This document shows positions 33,692 to 42,711 of a DNA stretch of 64,000 nucleotides, in pieces; within the stretch, counting starts at the first letter, position 1; each line of letters opens with the position of its first letter. Source of the stretch: Dehalococcoidia bacterium (GTDB taxonomy: Bacteria; Chloroflexota; Dehalococcoidia; Plut-88900); the NCBI GenBank assembly GCA_965207225.1, contig CBDBLV010000005.1, positions 32,001 through 96,000 on the forward strand. The letters run 5' to 3'. The notes under the pieces were generated by a model. The model was not told the DNA's origin. It saw only the letters and a program-made list of their open reading frames with translations, and searched no databases. The position numbers were made by a program, and so were the translations under genes.

Positions 33692-35218
33692 CTACTCTAT
33701 CGAGCCGTAATGACGGTCGAATATCCCTTGAATTTGCGGCCATTCGTCTTCCGAGACGTATGTCCGAAAGGCTTCCTCTAAAACACAGCCGTAATGTCCC
33801 ATGGATATCTGTTCCCGGCATGCGGCATCATGTGAAACAACACCATGATTTGCCAGATAGAGGCGTCGGAACCCCTGACGGAAGGTAGTCTCATCCATGT
33901 TCAGATAAAGATCGTGCAGAAGGAGCATTCCTTGTGAGTACTGACAGCTCGCGTAGTTCCATTCCCAGGAGGATGGCTTAGGCAAATCTTCGAATTCGGA
34001 AATAGTGTCAACCAGAGTGCATGCAACCCAATCTTCCCTTATCCAGTTTTCCTGCAATTCGTCGACAGTAAGATGCAACTTATCCTCAACGAGATAACCT
34101 AGAAAGTTGGCTGAGCTTTCATCAAGCCAGGGGACACCACCGAACCAGTAATGGTGGGCCGTTTCATGGGCGACGAGAGAGGTAAATTCACCTGCTGAGC
34201 CCTGAAGGCCACATTCCTTGCTCTCTCCCATGCTCAACTGTATAAACGTGGGGTGCCGTGCCCCACCGCCCACCGTTGTGTCCCAGAACAGGTAGACGAC
34301 AGGGTGGACTGGGAAGGGAACTGACATGAACTCCTCAATAATACGAACGGAACGCTCCATAATGTCCATTGTGAAGTCTCTTTTGCAAGAGTCCAGTGGT
34401 TGGGGCCGGATGATGCTTAGTTCTATTTCGCCCGCAAGAGGCGAGGTGATGGTCGTATCTTCCGTCGAGGTAACTCCTGGGTCTAGGAGGTCCCCTATGC
34501 TCGCATGGCGATATATCCGGCCCGTGCTGTCTGTGACTTCTGCAGCAGTGAGCGCAGCGGTGGAGAGAATCTTCGCTTCTCGCTCGCTTATTCCGTCTTC
34601 TATGGCCGGATGATATTTAATTCGGTTGAAGCCCTCTGGATGTTTCCAATCATAGGTTACTTTGGCCAGAGAGATTAGGGCCGGGTAATTCCTGCCTTCG
34701 TTAACCCATGGTTCCTCTTGTAGTCTTGCAGTGAACTCCGGTTCGATCTGAGTCAGACGTACGAGAGCTCGGCTGGCTTCTGCCTCCAAGGCTTGAAACG
34801 GATTAAAGTCGATTTTGGCAGGTGGCAAGGGAAACCTGGGCGTAGGGACTGGTGTGGCCGTTGGGACGGGTGTCGCTGTAGGAGTTGGTACGGGTGTCGC
34901 TGTTGGGACGGGCGTAGGCGCCGGTGTGGGAGTAGGCATTGGTGTGGGAACAGGCGTGGGCGCGGGGATAGGTGTTGGCACGGGTGTGGGTGCGGGGATC
35001 GGCGTAGGTGGGATAGCGGACACCGTTGCTTCCATCCCTCCTTCTATCGTGGCATCAATGTCCGGAGTTGCGCTCGGCGCGGCCGTCGGTAGTGCCTGTG
35101 CAACTGCGGTCTGGACGGCGGCGTCTATGTCCTGTGTAGGGGGTGGACTCTCTACACCGCGCGAGCACCCTACAAGCGCAACCACCAGAATCAATGCCGC
35201 TACGCTCATAAACCTCAT
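33692..35218 (-). CDS. Lipoprotein with Pro/Thr linker and HExxH (gluzincin-like) metallopeptidase domain
   Basis: LVGC lipobox, PT repeats, AHETAHHYW...WLDES. Confidence 0.75.
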   Translation of the reverse strand: MRFMSVAALILVVALVGCSRGVESPPPTQDIDAAVQTAVAQALPTAAPSATPDIDATIEGGMEATVSAIPPTPIPAPTPVPTPIPAPTPVPTPMPTPTPAPTPVPTATPVPTPTATPVPTATPVPTPRFPLPPAKIDFNPFQALEAEASRALVRLTQIEPEFTARLQEEPWVNEGRNYPALISLAKVTYDWKHPEGFNRIKYHPAIEDGISEREAKILSTAALTAAEVTDSTGRIYRHASIGDLLDPGVTSTEDTTITSPLAGEIELSIIRPQPLDSCKRDFTMDIMERSVRIIEEFMSVPFPVHPVVYLFWDTTVGGGARHPTFIQLSMGESKECGLQGSAGEFTSLVAHETAHHYWFGGVPWLDESSANFLGYLVEDKLHLTVDELQENWIREDWVACTLVDTISEFEDLPKPSSWEWNYASCQYSQGMLLLHDLYLNMDETTFRQGFRRLYLANHGVVSHDAACREQISMGHYGCVLEEAFRTYVSEDEWPQIQGIFDRHYGSIE

Positions 35219-35338
35219 CGGCCTACCCTATCCCCACCCCCCACCCCGGTCAACCTTCCACTCCCCTTCCATCCCAACGCCCCGCGACGAATCTACAGTG
35301 TCCCTGCTTCACTCACCTTGGCCTTGCCACTCCCACTC

Positions 35339-35461
35339 CTCCCCCGTACTGAACTAGAGGCCCACGTGGGTGCGACGCACCCACGTGGGCCTCTGTTCTT
35401 CTCTCCCCCTCTCCCTTATAGGCCCTAAGGGAGAGGGGGACCAAGGGGGTGAGGGTTCCCT
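35339..35461 (+). repeat. Double-hairpin dispersed repeat, copy 1
   Basis: Inverted copy at 41757-41880; 18-bp perfect stem followed by a CCCCTCTCCCT..AGGGAGAGGGG stem. Confidence 0.85.
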
Positions 35462-35550
35462 GCGAGGGTTGGGGGCATCCCTTCCCCTGTAGGGGTGCCC
35501 CTCGTGGGTACTCTGCCCGCCAACCACGCCAAGACTTGCATCCCTCCCCC

Positions 35551-35595
35551 CAACAAATCAAACCAATCCATCAATCCCACGAATCACAGTTCAGA
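35551..35595 (+). repeat. ATC-phased module (AATC-N-AATC-N-AATC-N-AATCACAGTTCAGA)
   Basis: Same 9/8/9 ATC spacing and identical AATCACAGTTCAGA end at 42655-42699 (-); degenerate third copy at ~42731-42777. Confidence 0.7.
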
Positions 35596-35624
35596 TATTC
35601 CCTTCAAAAGCCGCACATTTGCTC

Positions 35625-35653
35625 TTGACACACCTGTCCGACCGTACTATCAT
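35625..35653 (+). promoter_or_regulatory. sigma70 promoter of element A
   Basis: TTGACA (35625-30) N17 TATCAT (35648-53); conserved in copy B. Confidence 0.8.
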
Positions 35654-35659
35654 GTCCTC

Positions 35660-36197
35660 CGTCCGATCGAACACTAACTCACATCAGCAAAGGAGGAACC
35701 AAAAACCCAGGGAAGCCCCCGTGACCCGACACCGAGGACTCAACGCCCTAGCCCATCCCAAGACCTCTCCCCTCCCGTAGGGAGGCGACCGGCCAATCGC
35801 CCCCCCTCGTGAGACAGGCAGGTTGCGGCACAAGCGAAAAGCGCCATCTCCTCACCCAACGGGTCCCGTGACCCTTCCCCATCCATCCAGGCGATGGAAG
35901 GTCCACAACATTAAGCGGCACGCTCTTCACTTACGAGCCCTGCCGAAAAACCTCGGGCTATTACGCCCTTGGAAAAATCTCCCCCGTCGTTCCCCTCGGA
36001 GATTCCCGTTAACCCAGCGACGGTAGCGAGAAAACACCCACCCACCCCTCCGAGTGGGTCGGGAAAACTGAAAAACTGGTGGCAGAGACGCCCTCTGGCG
36101 AGAACCCCTCGCTTGTCTGCCATGTGACACAGGAATACGGGGCTGAACCAGGCTGGCCTCCCGCCCCCTGAAACTGAGTCCCGGACCTTCCATCGCC
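35660..36197 (+). ncRNA. Candidate large structured ncRNA, copy A
   Basis: No credible CDS; colinear blocks shared with 42029-42592(-); 15-bp perfect long-range pairing 35890-35904/36183-36197. Confidence 0.65.
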
Positions 36198-36287
36198 GAC
36201 CCCCTCCAAGACGGACAAACTGAAAACAGAAACCCCACAACTGAATAGAGACCGGGGTGTCACCGACCTGCCGGACCGGTGCGCCGG

Positions 36288-36345
36288 TTTGTACACCCCC
36301 GACCCTCGGGGTAGATTTGTACACCCCCGACCCTCGGGGTAGAAT
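36288..36345 (+). promoter_or_regulatory. Exact 28-bp tandem duplication containing the putative moaA promoter
   Basis: TTTGTACACCCCCGACCCTCGGGGTAGA twice (36288-36315, 36316-36343); TTGTAC-N17-TAGAAT. Confidence 0.7.
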
Positions 36346-36381
36346 GGAAGTCGGGAGGGGTGGCCTGTCCATTTCCAGCGC

Positions 36382-37422
36382 ATGAGCAACGACGCTTCCA
36401 CAACACACCCCGACGCCATTCTCGACCTGTTCGGGAGACCGCTGAGGGACCTGCGTATATCCGTCACCGACAGGTGCAACTTCAGATGCACCTTCTGCAT
36501 GCCCGCGGAGATATTCGGAGAGCGCTACCGCTTCCTGCCCAAGGATGACATCCTCACCTTCGAAGAGATAAGCCGCTTGGCCCAACTCTTCGTCAATCTC
36601 GGCGTCCGCAAGATACGCCTCACCGGCGGGGAGCCTCTCCTCCGCGACCAGCTTGAAATCCTTGTGGAACAGCTGGCCTCCATCGAAGGGCTGGAAGACC
36701 TGGCCCTCACGACCAATGCGTATCTTCTCTCCAAAAAGGCTCAGACACTAAAGGATGCCGGCCTGAAACGGGTCACAGTGAGCCTGCACACGCTGGATGA
36801 CCAGGTATTCGGGTACATGAATGGTCGGGGCTTCGGGACGGGTCGGGTGCTGGAAGGGATCCGGGCTGCGGAGGAAGCGGGTCTGGCCCCTATCAAGATT
36901 AACGTGGTCGTACAGAAGGGGGTCAACGAGCACACAATCGTCGACCTCACCCGCCGGGTCAAAGACATGGGCCACATCCTCCGCTTCATCGAGTTCATGG
37001 ACGTCGGCAACCTGAACCAGTGGGAGTCCGACCAGGTAGTCACCTCGCAGGAGATAGTCGGGCTCATCGAACGGGAGATGCCCCTTGAACCCGTCGACAA
37101 GAGCTACCGCGGCGAAGTCGCCGACCGCTACCGCTACGCCGACGGCAAAGGCGAGATCGGGGTCATATCCTCGGTGAGCAACCCGTTCTGCGGGGACTGC
37201 ACCCGGGCCCGCATCTCCGCCGAGGGCAAGGTCTACACCTGCCTGTTCGCATCCAAAGGGAATGACCTGCGCGGACCGCTCCGAGCCGGTGCCAGCGACG
37301 CGGACTTGACCGATATTATCAAAGGAATCTGGGCCCGCAGAGCCGACCGTTACTCGGAGGAGCGGGCTTCGCTCTCCGGGAGCCGCGCCAAGAAGGTGGA
37401 GATGTATCACATCGGCGGGTAG
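36382..37422 (+). CDS. moaA: GTP 3',8-cyclase MoaA
   Basis: LRISVTDRCNFRCTFC, PFCGDCTRAR...CLF, C-terminal MYHIGG. Confidence 0.97.
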   Translation: MSNDASTTHPDAILDLFGRPLRDLRISVTDRCNFRCTFCMPAEIFGERYRFLPKDDILTFEEISRLAQLFVNLGVRKIRLTGGEPLLRDQLEILVEQLASIEGLEDLALTTNAYLLSKKAQTLKDAGLKRVTVSLHTLDDQVFGYMNGRGFGTGRVLEGIRAAEEAGLAPIKINVVVQKGVNEHTIVDLTRRVKDMGHILRFIEFMDVGNLNQWESDQVVTSQEIVGLIEREMPLEPVDKSYRGEVADRYRYADGKGEIGVISSVSNPFCGDCTRARISAEGKVYTCLFASKGNDLRGPLRAGASDADLTDIIKGIWARRADRYSEERASLSGSRAKKVEMYHIGG

Positions 37423-37460
37423 CGGCGCCGGTGCAAATGGGAAAAGGAGAATTACCGGCC

Positions 37461-37937
37461 ATGCCAAACTACTGGATGATCGTAAGCTCGGCGGAAAACT
37501 TCGAGATCTCCCGGGAGCTGGGGTTCGAACTGCAGGGGATCAAGAGCCGGCACCGGAAGAAGGCGGAGAGGATGGAGCCCGGGGATCGGGTGCTCTACTA
37601 CCTGACCGGTGTTCAGCAGTTCGGGGGAACGGCGACCATAACCTCGCCCTATTACGAAGACCGCGCCCCGATCTGGAACAGCAAGAAGAAGGGCGAGGAG
37701 TACCCCTTCCGGTTCGGCATCAAGCCCGACCTGATCCTGGAGCCCGGTACATACGTGGACGCCAAGTCCATAGTCCCGCACCTGGAATACGTGAAGAGGT
37801 GGCCGCCCCAGCACTGGCACCTGGCCTTCCAGGGCAACGTACACCTGTTTTCGGAAGAGGACTTCTCCTTCATAGAGGGTGAGATAAGCAAGCGAATGCC
37901 GGAGCGCGAGGCGTCGGGGTCGGCGGCTGCCGGGTAG
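37461..37937 (+). CDS. EVE domain protein
   Basis: NYWMIV...MEPGDRVLYY...YPFRF, PUA/EVE-like. Confidence 0.8.
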   Translation: MPNYWMIVSSAENFEISRELGFELQGIKSRHRKKAERMEPGDRVLYYLTGVQQFGGTATITSPYYEDRAPIWNSKKKGEEYPFRFGIKPDLILEPGTYVDAKSIVPHLEYVKRWPPQHWHLAFQGNVHLFSEEDFSFIEGEISKRMPEREASGSAAAG

Positions 37938-37940
37938 AAA

Positions 37941-38633
37941 ATGCCTGACACCGGGCCCATAGACCTACCTCTTTTTCCCCTCAACGTTGTCCTATATCCG
38001 GGCATGGCCCTGCCTCTTCGCATATTCGAAGAGCGTTACAAGCTGATGATGCAGAAATGCATGGAGGGAGACAGGACATTCGGGGTGGTACTGATAAGGG
38101 AAGGGAAAGAGGTGGGCGGATCGGCGATTCCCTTCGAAGTGGGAACAGTGGCGAAGATTACGGATGTCGTGCCCCAGGGCCAGGGAAGGATGCACCTGAG
38201 CGCGATAGGACAAGACGTATTCCGCATAGTCGACGTCCAGCAGATAACCCCGTATATGGTGGGCCGCGTGGCGTTGCTGGAAAAGACCGAAGAACCTACT
38301 CCGAACGAATTGACAAACCGGGTCGTGCGCCACTTCCGGACCTACATGTCGCTATTGACGTCGTTGCGGGGTGGCGGGGACGGGGCGGTTGAGCTGGACC
38401 GGGACCCGGAAAGGCTTTCCTACACGGTGGCGGCAGAGCTGATGGCCGGGCCCCGGGAGAAGCAAGGCTTGCTGGAAGCGCCCTCGGCGAGGGCGCGTCT
38501 GGAAGAAGAGCTGAAGCTGCTCCAATCGACGAACCTGAGCCTGGAACTGTTCCTTGCAGAGAAGAGGAAGAAGGAGGCCCAGGGAGGCAAGAAGGACGAC
38601 TCCTCTGACAGGCCTCGGTTTTCTCTCAACTGA
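37941..38633 (+). CDS. LON peptidase substrate-binding domain protein
   Basis: LPLFPLNVVLYPG..LPLRIFEERYKLM. Confidence 0.9.
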   Translation: MPDTGPIDLPLFPLNVVLYPGMALPLRIFEERYKLMMQKCMEGDRTFGVVLIREGKEVGGSAIPFEVGTVAKITDVVPQGQGRMHLSAIGQDVFRIVDVQQITPYMVGRVALLEKTEEPTPNELTNRVVRHFRTYMSLLTSLRGGGDGAVELDRDPERLSYTVAAELMAGPREKQGLLEAPSARARLEEELKLLQSTNLSLELFLAEKRKKEAQGGKKDDSSDRPRFSLN

Positions 38634-38691
38634 CACCATTTACAACGGGCTTTGAAGCCCTCCCCTTGATTCTTTTAGGTCAACAGGCAGC

Positions 38692-39837
38692 CTAGTCGGA
38701 GGCGAGGACGAGGGTGCCGGTGGAGGAGAGGGTGCCTCCCGTGCCGTTGACGAGGCAGGTCTTGGCATCCTTCACCTGCCGATCGCCGCACTCGCCCCTG
38801 AGCTGCCGGGCGGCCTCCAGTAGGAGGAACATCCCGTACATGCCGGTGTGACAGTAGGAGAGGCCGCCGCCGTTGGTGTTCATCGGGAAGTCCCCGCCGG
38901 GCGCAGTCCGCTGGTTGGCAACGAACTCGGGGCCTTCGCCACGGCCGCAGAAGCCGAGGGACTCCAGGGTGATGAGGACGGTGTAGGTGAAGGAGTCATA
39001 GATCATGGCCAGGTCTATGTCGTCGTGGGTGAGGCCTGCCATTTCGAGGGCCCGGGGTCCAGTCTCGCGGGCAATGGTGGAGCAGAGGTCGGCCTGCTGG
39101 CCGATGCCGTCACCATGATCGTGGCCTTCGGCGGAGCCGAGGATCCAGACGGGCTTCTTCTTGGTGTTACGGGCCACGGCGGCTGAGGTGACGACGGTGG
39201 CCCCGCCGCCGTCGGTCACGAGACAGCAGTCGAAGAGGTGGAAGGGCCAGGAGATCCATCGGGACTCGTGGTAATCCTGGATGGTCATGTCGTCCTGCAT
39301 GAAGGCCTTGGGGTTCAGCTGCGCCCATTTGCGGGTGGCGACAGCTATTTCGGCCAGGGCGTCCCGGGTGCGCTCCTCGCCGAATTCGTGCATATATCGG
39401 CTACAGGCCAAGGCGTAACCGTGAGGGGCTATGACCAGGCCGTAGGGGTCCTCGTACTGGGCGCCGGGCATGTTGGGGTCGTCCCCTGCATAGGCCCGAG
39501 AGCTGCGCCCCGCCTCGCCGTGAACGATCAGGGCAACGTCGATGAGTCCGGCACTGATGGCGGCCAGGGCGTGCTCGACGTAGATGACGAAGGAAGAGCC
39601 ACCGACGTTGGTGCCGTCGGTGTACTTGGGCGTAATGCCCATGTACTCGGCCATGTTATAGGGAGACGGACCTGCCACGAACAGCCCGTCAACGTCAGAG
39701 AGGGAGAGGCCGGCGTCATCAAGAGCGTTAAATGCGGCCTCCGAGCCTAGCTGGAGGCGGGATTTGTTGGGGACGCGGCCTATTTCGTCGGACTCGTCAA
39801 CGCCGACAATTGCAGCCTTTCGCGAAAGGTCAGCCAT
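38692..39837 (-). CDS. SCP2-type thiolase-like protein
   Basis: AQLNPKA, DCCLVTDGG, IYDSFT, NTNGGGLSYCH. Confidence 0.88.
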   Translation of the reverse strand: MADLSRKAAIVGVDESDEIGRVPNKSRLQLGSEAAFNALDDAGLSLSDVDGLFVAGPSPYNMAEYMGITPKYTDGTNVGGSSFVIYVEHALAAISAGLIDVALIVHGEAGRSSRAYAGDDPNMPGAQYEDPYGLVIAPHGYALACSRYMHEFGEERTRDALAEIAVATRKWAQLNPKAFMQDDMTIQDYHESRWISWPFHLFDCCLVTDGGGATVVTSAAVARNTKKKPVWILGSAEGHDHGDGIGQQADLCSTIARETGPRALEMAGLTHDDIDLAMIYDSFTYTVLITLESLGFCGRGEGPEFVANQRTAPGGDFPMNTNGGGLSYCHTGMYGMFLLLEAARQLRGECGDRQVKDAKTCLVNGTGGTLSSTGTLVLASD

Positions 39838-39881
39838 GAGGGACCTCCTTGTTAGAGCTACCCGGGGCCCGGGAGTATGGG

Positions 39882-40292
39882 CTAGGCGGGTTTGAATTTG
39901 GGAAGGGAGATCTCGTCGGTTATGTCTTCGAAGACCACCTCAACGGGCATGCCGATGGAGAGGTTGTCGGGTGAGGGGTCGTCGATGACGATGTTGGTGG
40001 GCATCCTGGCGCCTTCCTCCAGTTCCACCACGGCCGCCACGTAGGGGCAGTGCTCACGGAAGGGAGGCGGGGAGCGGTGGACTATGGTGAAGGCGTAGAT
40101 CGTGCCCTTGCCGCTGCTCTGGACCCAGGAAACATCCTTGCATTGGTAGCCGGGGCAGAAGTCCCTGGGATAGAAGAAGACCGTGTCGCATTCGTTGCAC
40201 TTGCGCAGCCACAACTCGTGGGCCTTGGCTTTCTCCCAGTAGTAGTCTGACTCGGGCTGGGGGACGGGAACGGGTCGGTCGTAATCTGCCAT
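39882..40292 (-). CDS. DUF35 Zn-ribbon/OB-fold protein
   Basis: CNEC...YPRDFCP, GKGTIYAFT, VELEEG, IGMPVEVVF. Confidence 0.9.
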   Translation of the reverse strand: MADYDRPVPVPQPESDYYWEKAKAHELWLRKCNECDTVFFYPRDFCPGYQCKDVSWVQSSGKGTIYAFTIVHRSPPPFREHCPYVAAVVELEEGARMPTNIVIDDPSPDNLSIGMPVEVVFEDITDEISLPKFKPA

Positions 40293-40333
40293 ATCAATCA
40301 CCTCTTTCGAAATAGCGTGATTCGTTTCTCTCT

Positions 40334-41479
40334 CTAGTCGGCGGCCAGGACAATGGTGCCAGTGGAGGACAGGGTTCCTCCGGTGCCGTTGACAAGGGAG
40401 GTCTTGGCACCGGCGACCTGGCGGTCTCCGCATTCGCCCCTGAGCTGCCGGGCGGCTTCGAGGAGGAGGAACATGCCGTACATGCCGGTGTGGCAGTAGG
40501 AAAGGCCGCCGCCGTTGGTGTTCATGGGGAAGTCGCCGCCGGGCGCAGTCCGCTGGTTGGCAACGAAGTCAGGCCCCTCGCCCCGTCCGCAAAAGCCGAG
40601 GGACTCCAGGGTGATGAGCACGGTGTAGGTGAAGGAGTCATAGATCATGGCGAGGTCTATGTCGTCGTGGGTGAGGCCTGCCATTTCGAGGGCCCGGGGC
40701 CCGGTCTCACGGGCGATGGTGGAGCAGAGGTCGTGCTGCTGGAGGATTCCCTCGCCGTGGTCGTGGCCCTCTGCGGTGCCCAGTACCCAGACCGGCTTCT
40801 TCTTGGTGTTCTTGGCCACCGCCGCGGAGGTGATTACCGTGGCGCCGCCGCCATCGGTGACGAGGCAGCAGTCGAAGAGGTGGAAGGGCCAGGAGATCCA
40901 GCGGGACTCGTTGTAGTCCTCCATGGACATGTCGTCCTTGATGAAGGACTTGGGGTTGAGCTGCGCCCATTTCCGGGTGGAAACGGCAATCTCGCCGAGG
41001 GCGTTCTGGGTGCGCTCCTGTCCGAACTCGTGCATGTAGCGGGTGGCGGCAAGGGCGTAGGGATGAGGCTCGATGACGAGGCCATAGGGATGCTCGTACT
41101 GAGCTATGGGCATGTTGGGGTCGTCCCCTGCATAGGCCCGAGAGCTGCGTCCCGCTTCGCCGTGAACGATCAGGGCCACCTCAATGAGTCCGGCGCTGAT
41201 GGCAGCGAGGGCGTGCTCCACGTAAATTACGAAGGAAGAGCCGCCGACGTTGGTGCCGTCGGTGTACTTGGGTACGATGCCCATATATTCGGCCATGTTA
41301 TAGGGAGACGGGCCAGCGACGAAAAGCCCGTCGACGTCCGATAGTGAGAGGCCGGCGTCGTCGAGGGCGTTGAAAGCAGCCTCCGAGCCTAGCTGGAGGC
41401 GGGACTTGTTGGGCACCTTGCCAATCTCGTCGGACTCGTCAACGCCGACGATAGCGGCCATACGGGACAGATCTGACAT
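40334..41479 (-). CDS. SCP2-type thiolase-like protein (close paralog)
   Basis: Same length and almost all residues shared with 38692..39837. Confidence 0.88.
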   Translation of the reverse strand: MSDLSRMAAIVGVDESDEIGKVPNKSRLQLGSEAAFNALDDAGLSLSDVDGLFVAGPSPYNMAEYMGIVPKYTDGTNVGGSSFVIYVEHALAAISAGLIEVALIVHGEAGRSSRAYAGDDPNMPIAQYEHPYGLVIEPHPYALAATRYMHEFGQERTQNALGEIAVSTRKWAQLNPKSFIKDDMSMEDYNESRWISWPFHLFDCCLVTDGGGATVITSAAVAKNTKKKPVWVLGTAEGHDHGEGILQQHDLCSTIARETGPRALEMAGLTHDDIDLAMIYDSFTYTVLITLESLGFCGRGEGPDFVANQRTAPGGDFPMNTNGGGLSYCHTGMYGMFLLLEAARQLRGECGDRQVAGAKTSLVNGTGGTLSSTGTIVLAAD

Positions 41480-41666
41480 TATCGACCTCCTGCGGTTATG
41501 GGGGCGTGCCTGACCAGGGGCGGGATGGCCCGCGCAGAGGCACAAGATTGATAGTGGTTCCCCCCAAAAGCGGCCCTTATTCTATATTCGGGCGTCGGGG
41601 GTGTCAATTTGGCACATTCATTCGGTGGTCCAGCGGCAAGCCGGGTCCTTATTCGGTTGTGGGGTT

Positions 41667-41718
41667 TTGATTGAACGTTGATTGAACTCGTAGCTGTTTT
41701 GATTGAATGACGCCTAAA
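41667..41718. repeat. Phased GATTGAA repeat, short copy
   Basis: 48 of 52 nt identical to 15351-15402. Confidence 0.8.
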
Positions 41719-41756
41719 GGGACGACGGGGGATTTCGCGTGGCGCAGGGGACGGGA

Positions 41757-41880
41757 AGGGAACCCTCACCCCCTTGATCCCCCTCTCCCTCAGGGCCATT
41801 GAGGGAGAGGGGGAGAGAAGAACAGAGGCAGAGGTCGGCGCTTCTGCGCCGACCTCTGCCTCTAGTTCAGTACTGGGGAG
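41757..41880 (-). repeat. Double-hairpin dispersed repeat, copy 2
   Basis: Reverse complement of 35339-35461 with compensatory stem changes. Confidence 0.85.
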
Positions 41881-41929
41881 AGGGCCGGGGATGGGGTGAA
41901 CTGCGGGGTTGTGGGTGATTTTTCCGGAG

Positions 41930-41960
41930 GGATGGATTCCTGCCTCCGCAGGAATGACGG
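41930..41960. repeat. REP-like palindrome
   Basis: GGATGGATTCCTGCCTCCGCAGGAATGAC, same family as ~33360-33390. Confidence 0.65.
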
Positions 41961-42028
41961 AGAGGGGAGGCGGTGGGTTATTGGGTTGTGGGATTTGGGT
42001 TGGCATTTTGTTTGTTGGGTTTTGGGTT

Positions 42029-42592
42029 GGCGATGGAGGTCCGGGACTCGGATGCAGGACCTCGATGGCACCTACGCCGACGCTGGTGGCATCGGCGGTT
42101 GTCCTGCCTTTCCCTTCACGCATGCCTTGGGAGACTTGCCGGTGTCGAGGGCGTCTCTGCGTGGGGACATCCGCTCTCCGCATCAGCGCTCGACCGCTGT
42201 ACGGGGCGGCATATCGGCTCGATTACCGCCGTGGGCGGAAGGAGCCGCATAAGGGCGCTAAGGCCCTGCATAACGAGTCAGAAGACTCGCGGAATTCCTC
42301 GACGAGGGTAAAGTCGGCGAGGCGTATACGCCCGGGTAAGGGGCGTCGTATCGGCAAGGGCGTCGTTATAGAGAGGCCTGCTGCCGCATAGAGTCGATGG
42401 ACCATCCATCGCCTGGAAGCCAGGGAAGGGGGTACGGGACCCGTGGTGAGGAGATAACACCTTCAGCTTGAGCCTCGGGCCTGCGCGAGGGCCTTTGGGA
42501 TGGGCGAGTGCGTTGAGTCCCTCAGGTCGGGTCTCGGGGGCTTCCCCGGGGTTTTGGTTCCTCCTTCTATTATCAGATGTTTGTTCGAACGC
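42029..42592 (-). ncRNA. Candidate large structured ncRNA, copy B
   Basis: Colinear conserved blocks with copy A; pairing 42399-42413 with 42029-42042 and 42515-42521 with 42043-42049. Confidence 0.65.
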
Positions 42593-42597
42593 AGGAT

Positions 42598-42626
42598 ATG
42601 ATAGTACGGTCGGACGGGTGTGTCAA
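42598..42626 (-). promoter_or_regulatory. sigma70 promoter of element B
   Basis: Minus strand TTGACA (42626-21) N17 TATCAT (42603-598); one mismatch to copy A over 29 bp. Confidence 0.8.
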
Positions 42627-42711
42627 GAGCAAATGTGCGGCTATTGGGGGAATATCTGAACTGTGATTTATGGGATAAAGGGATTACTTTGATTTCTTGA
42701 AGGGGGGCGTC

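Noticed and set aside
34845-35010. 18-bp tandem DNA repeats
   Set aside because: Explained by the encoded Pro/Thr linker; likewise near 16050 and 57770-57920.
35660-35682. LexA (GAAC-N4-GTTC) box near the RNA start sites
   Set aside because: Only a CGAAC half-site in both copies.
36080-36182. Group I intron reading of the large RNA (GCAGAGAC resembling the R element, GAGTCC resembling S)
   Set aside because: No interrupted host gene, the element has its own promoter, and I could not build P3/P4/P6/P7 consistently in both copies.
41479-42460. ORFs over the repeat and RNA B region (e.g. 41479..42183)
   Set aside because: They are translations of repeats and hairpins and are not conserved in frame with copy A.
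35339-42700. Composite transposon carrying moaA to the thiolases between inverted elements A and B
   Set aside because: Copies are too divergent internally, no transposase or target-site duplication, and the cargo looks like ordinary chromosomal genes.
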